Positions 59,949 to 64,000 of a stretch of DNA of 64,000 bases are shown one piece after another. The position numbers and the translations under genes are program-made. Within the stretch, counting starts at the first letter, position 1, and each line of letters begins with the position of its first letter. This DNA is from Prorocentrum cordatum (lineage: Eukaryota): positions 124,001 to 188,000 of the forward strand of contig CAUYUJ010000325.1 in assembly GCA_963575745.1 (NCBI GenBank), written 5' to 3'. A model generated the notes under the pieces. It saw nothing but the letters and a program-made list of their open reading frames with translations. It did no database searches and was not told the origin of the DNA.

Positions 59949-60235
59949 GCGGCCTCGCAGGCCGACGAACAGTCGGAATGATCTGACGATGGCTATTGCC
60001 AAAGAGCTGCGTAAGCCAAAGCTGCGGGAGAAGATGAAGTGCAAGAGAGCTCAAGCTGGGCATCGCAATCGCCTGACTCCTCGAGTGACTGTGGACTCAT
60101 TGGGCGCCATTGGACCTAGTGGGCAGTGCATGCTGTTTGGGCTCACCTGCGCCAGAGGGGGCATCGGCCACTAGGCCCCATATGCATCATGAGGCTTATC
60201 GGTCACATTGGGGTCATAGGAGTAGGGGCACATGG

Positions 60236-60482
60236 GGGGCGTAGGGGAGCGTAGCGGTGGCGTAGGTGGAGGCGTAGGGGAGCGTAGGGGAGCGTAGGGG
60301 GGCGTAGGGGAGCGTAGGGGAGCGTAGGGGAGCGTAGGAGGGGAGCGTAGGGGAGCGTAGGGGGTGGCGCATGGGTGGACGTGCGGGAGCGTAGGGGAGC
60401 GTAGGGGAGCGTAGGGGGGCGTATGGGGAGCGTAGGGGAGCATAGGGGGTGAGTCGTAGGGGCAGTAGGGGAGCATAGGGGG
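60236..60482. repeat. (GGGGAGCGTA)n decamer minisatellite
   Basis: Directly visible. Confidence 0.9.
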
Positions 60483-60952
60483 TGAGGCGGTGCTCAAGCC
60501 GCCCACGAGGGAACTGTAGGGGTCCGAAGGGTGTAGTAGGGTGGCCTTCGGGAGCTCGCAAGGCTAGTAAGCATCATGAGGCCTCAACTCGACGACGGCA
60601 ATGGGAATGACCGACGAGAACAAACCACGCTTCTCACTGCGCCTCCCCATCTACAGGCGTACCGTCAGGTCGCGCGGCCGAGCCGCAGGAGGCATCACAA
60701 GTCCAAAGACTGATTCCAGCATCCTAGTGAATGGCAGCTCACGCTGGAGCCTGCCGCGAAAAGTTGCACCTGGTGATCTGGGTGGGGTCGCGCCTATGGC
60801 TGGCCCACTGCGGCTTTCCCTCTCCCTACCTTGGCCTATATCCCTGCCCCTCTCCCCCTTTCTCCATCCTCCTGCGCCTCCACTTCACTATACTAACCCT
60901 GATCCGCTTGACCAGAAAAGAAGGTGACCTACGATGGCAACACGACTGCATG

Positions 60953-62149
60953 CTAGTCTGCATCGGTCACAGCCTCACGGCGCTGGCGCTTGCGCGGGTG
61001 CCTGGGCGACGCGGCACTGCCCTTCTTCTTGTCAGAAGGGCTGGTCACCACCAAGCTCACGACGGGGCCAGCGGAGGAGCTCGCATCAGCAGCAGCTGGC
61101 ACGTCCATCAGCGCAGGCTGCGGAGAGAAGCTCCACGACGTCCTGGACCTCAGTTTCGGCTTGGACGCAGCTTTCTCGCGGGCCGCACTCAAAGCCTCGT
61201 TGCGGATCCTGGTGGACCTCTTGTCGAGCGCAACCGTGGGTGCCTCCACGAGAGCCTTGTGCGCCTGGGCTGCCGCGTTGATGCGAGAGGTGGCAGTCTC
61301 GGCAAGGTCGCGGAACATCTCAGAGCGATCGCACAGCATGAACTTGTTGGGGCCACAGTCCTCATCGAAGTAATCGCAGAGGGGAAACTTATTTTTCTCG
61401 AACTTGAAATGACAGTTCTTGTCACTAGTAGGGTCCACCAGCCTGTAGCGATGGTCGATCTTGTCCTCTGGTGGTACCGCAGCGCTCTCGCCTGTGATGT
61501 AGTCGATCCTGACCACGAATCCGCCCGACCACACCGGTGTAAAAAGACAGTTGGGGCGGTAGTCGATGCTGCCGTCGTCGTCGAGGTTATCCTGCTTCCA
61601 GTTGTCCGCGCGGCGGCCGACCTGCGCGTAGCGCAGCCGCATCGCCTCGATGAAGACGGGGACGAAGCGAGCCTCCTCGGGGATGAAGTCCTTCGGGTCC
61701 AGCTGGAAGTGTTGTTCCACCATGTTCTTGAGAGCGTGGGGGTCTTGGTTCTCGATGTTGTCCACGTCCTGCTCGGTGAGGCCAATGCCAAGCGTTACAT
61801 AGACGGTGGCGTATATCTTGTTGTCCACCTTCCCGAAGCTCGCTGCCTTCATTCCCTCGGAGCCCTTGGCACCAGGAGAAGACGCATCAGCATCCTCAGG
61901 CGGGTCAGCCTCGCACGCGATGTTCGCTTGGATGCTGGCCCATATGTCCGTGCGCGTGTAGGGCTTCATCACGCAGTGGTGAATGATGCGCTTGAACGCG
62001 TCGACGTTCCTCGCACGCTTGTTGTTGTCGGCCTGGTCCTTGCCCGTGACGTGAGCTGGAACCAGCTGCGATAGCTTGCACAAGCCATCTGGAGCGCGCT
62101 TGGGCGGCATGACGCTGGACTTCCAGAACTTGGAAGCATTGGGAGCCAT
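60953..62149 (-). CDS. Intronless hypothetical protein (~398 aa from MAPNASKFW)
   Basis: Long ORF with ordinary globular composition. The ATG at 62149 is preceded ~100 nt upstream by a spliced-leader relic. Confidence 0.75.
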   Translation of the reverse strand: MAPNASKFWKSSVMPPKRAPDGLCKLSQLVPAHVTGKDQADNNKRARNVDAFKRIIHHCVMKPYTRTDIWASIQANIACEADPPEDADASSPGAKGSEGMKAASFGKVDNKIYATVYVTLGIGLTEQDVDNIENQDPHALKNMVEQHFQLDPKDFIPEEARFVPVFIEAMRLRYAQVGRRADNWKQDNLDDDGSIDYRPNCLFTPVWSGGFVVRIDYITGESAAVPPEDKIDHRYRLVDPTSDKNCHFKFEKNKFPLCDYFDEDCGPNKFMLCDRSEMFRDLAETATSRINAAAQAHKALVEAPTVALDKRSTRIRNEALSAAREKAASKPKLRSRTSWSFSPQPALMDVPAAADASSSAGPVVSLVVTSPSDKKKGSAASPRHPRKRQRREAVTDAD

Positions 62150-62247
62150 GGTCGAACTCACCGAGCCCAAGGCTCGATGGCCACGTGGATCCGAAGTGGC
62201 CTGACCTCTCTGCTGAGACCGATGGGCAACGTCGTTTGCCAAAACAG

Positions 62248-62269
62248 TTTGAGCCGAAATGGTTACGGA
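62248..62269 (-). other. Dinoflagellate spliced-leader relic
   Basis: TCCGTAACCATTTCGGCTCAAA vs DCCGTAGCCATTTTGGCTCAAG (19/22), followed by a second partial copy (CTGTTTTGGC). Confidence 0.85.
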
Positions 62270-62687
62270 CATGTGGGTTGCTGCAGTGACAACGGGCCAG
62301 TATGCAACGCATGCTATGAAACAATTGCGGATCAACTTTGCAGTCCCGAGACCCAGGGCGGTGCGCTTAATCACAAGGTTGTCGCTTTGAATAGAGCTTA
62401 TCCTCCCCTCACGCCGTTACCACTGCGTAGAATCACTGGTTCGCTGATCGGGCGATGGCCTTTGAGAGACGTAGCGACGAACATTAGGGAACGCTTAACA
62501 TCATAAAAAGGCGGCCACACCGAACCCGCACATGAGATCAAACTGACAGGGTCACGGCATTCAATATGTCTGATCTGACTGACGCTAGCTGTCCGAAACT
62601 GTTCCAGGAATTAAACTGACTCTCCTCGTTCCTCCCTCACTCCCTCTATCCTCCGTTCCTCACATCCGCCACCATCCCCCTCCTCCA

Positions 62688-62707
62688 CTGTAGCCGTTTT
62701 GGCTCGA
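62688..62707 (+). other. Spliced-leader relic
   Basis: CTGTAGCCGTTTTGGCTCGA. Confidence 0.65.
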
Positions 62708-63509
62708 CGCGAGAACGACAGCGTCGCCAACGCTGCAAAGCGACCGCGGTCGCCTAACTGAGTCAGGGCTGCGTTTGCGAGACCACCATACGGGGTGCGG
62801 GGGTTCGTTTCTGACTCCTGATTTCAAGCCCTGCCCCCCCTATTCTACCTTGACGCCCGCTAAGTCGGGTCGTCTCGCTCGGCCCCCCGGGGCCTCGCGG
62901 CGTGGAGTTGCGTCGGCCGCGTCTGGGCCCGAGGACCGCAAGCGCGACTCGCGACTGGAAAGGCGTTGCGCTCTCCCCTACTCCTGCGTTACGTCGGGGG
63001 GAGGCATGGGCGTGACGGGAGAGTGGACGAGGAGGGAGGGGCGTGGCTGATACGAGCGAGGAGAAGAGCAGGAAGAGGAGGAGGAGGGAACAACCTAAGA
63101 GCCGATTATGCAAGACAGGCGGTGCATAATGACGATCGCACTCAAGTGTCGTTCCCTTGGAAATGTCTACACATCATGTTTTGGATCCAGTGTTGAGTAC
63201 ATCCTGAAATGTTTCACACCTTTGTTTTTGATGATATCGTAGTTTCGCTTGTAGGTTTCGGAGGGCGGTGATCAAAAATCGAATGATTGAATTGCTGCTG
63301 CATCGAAACACGCATGCGTGAAACCGACGTGTGTTCCATTTGTGGAGCACTACAAAACTGAAGCCGCCGAACTTCAGTTAGTTGGACCATCGCCTCGGCG
63401 ACAACAAAACAGCACCGCAACAAGCGCGGAGACAACAAAACAGCTCGAGTCTCCACGCCCTCTGTTGTTTCATGTTTTACCCTACAAATGGAGCATCACT
63501 GTACCCCTC

Positions 63510-64000
63510 ATGCCCTCTAAGGAGGAGGAGTCCTCCTCCTTAGAGGGCATGGAGGACCTCCTGGAGGACCCTGACTGGGGCAACGACGACCAGGCACAAG
63601 AAAAGAAACTGCGCCTCGCCGAGGCCCCGGGCGACGTCCATCCTATCTCCTCGTCGTCAGACTCGGGCGCGGTCGAAGAGCGCCCAGCCAAGACGAGTCC
63701 TCAGAGCGAGCGGCACACCAGCCCCGAGATCGACCCGCGCAGTGCCGACCAGATGGCTGCCCGCGCGCCCGCTGAGCCAATCCTGCGTCTAGAGGCCGTG
63801 GCTAACGATCGGAACCTGCGCGCGCGGGGCCGCTCCAAGGGCTCGGAGGGCCCGCGACCTGCGCTCGCCCCCCCTCTCTTCGCACCTCCCAGAGCGCTCG
63901 CGCGGCAGGGTGCGGGGGCCAGTCGCCCGGGAGCCGTGCGCGACGGCGGTGAGGCGCGAGCCCAGGGAGGACGACCGGCCACGCACAGGAGAGCGAGACC
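63510..64000 (+). CDS. Possible ORF start running off the window end (MPSKEEESSSLEGMEDLLEDPDW...)
   Basis: The frame is open from ATG 63510 to the window end. It is low-complexity and may be a retroelement leader. Confidence 0.3.
   Translation, partial: MPSKEEESSSLEGMEDLLEDPDWGNDDQAQEKKLRLAEAPGDVHPISSSSDSGAVEERPAKTSPQSERHTSPEIDPRSADQMAARAPAEPILRLEAVANDRNLRARGRSKGSEGPRPALAPPLFAPPRALARQGAGASRPGAVRDGGEARAQGGRPATHRRAR

Overview
Eukaryotic, GC-rich, repeat-laden nuclear DNA, most likely from a dinoflagellate. The evidence is several relics of the dinoflagellate spliced leader (DCCGTAGCCATTTTGGCTCAAG), GC/GA splice donors, and a nuclear, intron-split plastid atpH. Three atpH exons lie on the minus strand (24864-24811, 22750-22671, 15842-15759), among decayed elements: a CACTA/Mirage-like transposase relic (~6.5-8.9 kb), a scrambled LINE (~16.5-20.8 kb) and a Ty1/copia relic (~26.7-30 kb). 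The right half (33-62 kb) holds five co-oriented minus-strand genes: a spliced ParB/Srx-like protein, a C5 cytosine DNA methyltransferase, two large spliced hAT-like DDE transposases with apparently intact catalytic residues, and an intronless unknown gene. Two hairpin-rich tandem arrays sit between the methyltransferase and the first transposase. This block is the best candidate for an undescribed system: a cargo-carrying DNA transposon, or a nest of them, with its own methyltransferase. All family calls come from motif recognition by eye, not from database searches. Most ORFs in the supplied track are spurious products of high GC content and microsatellites.
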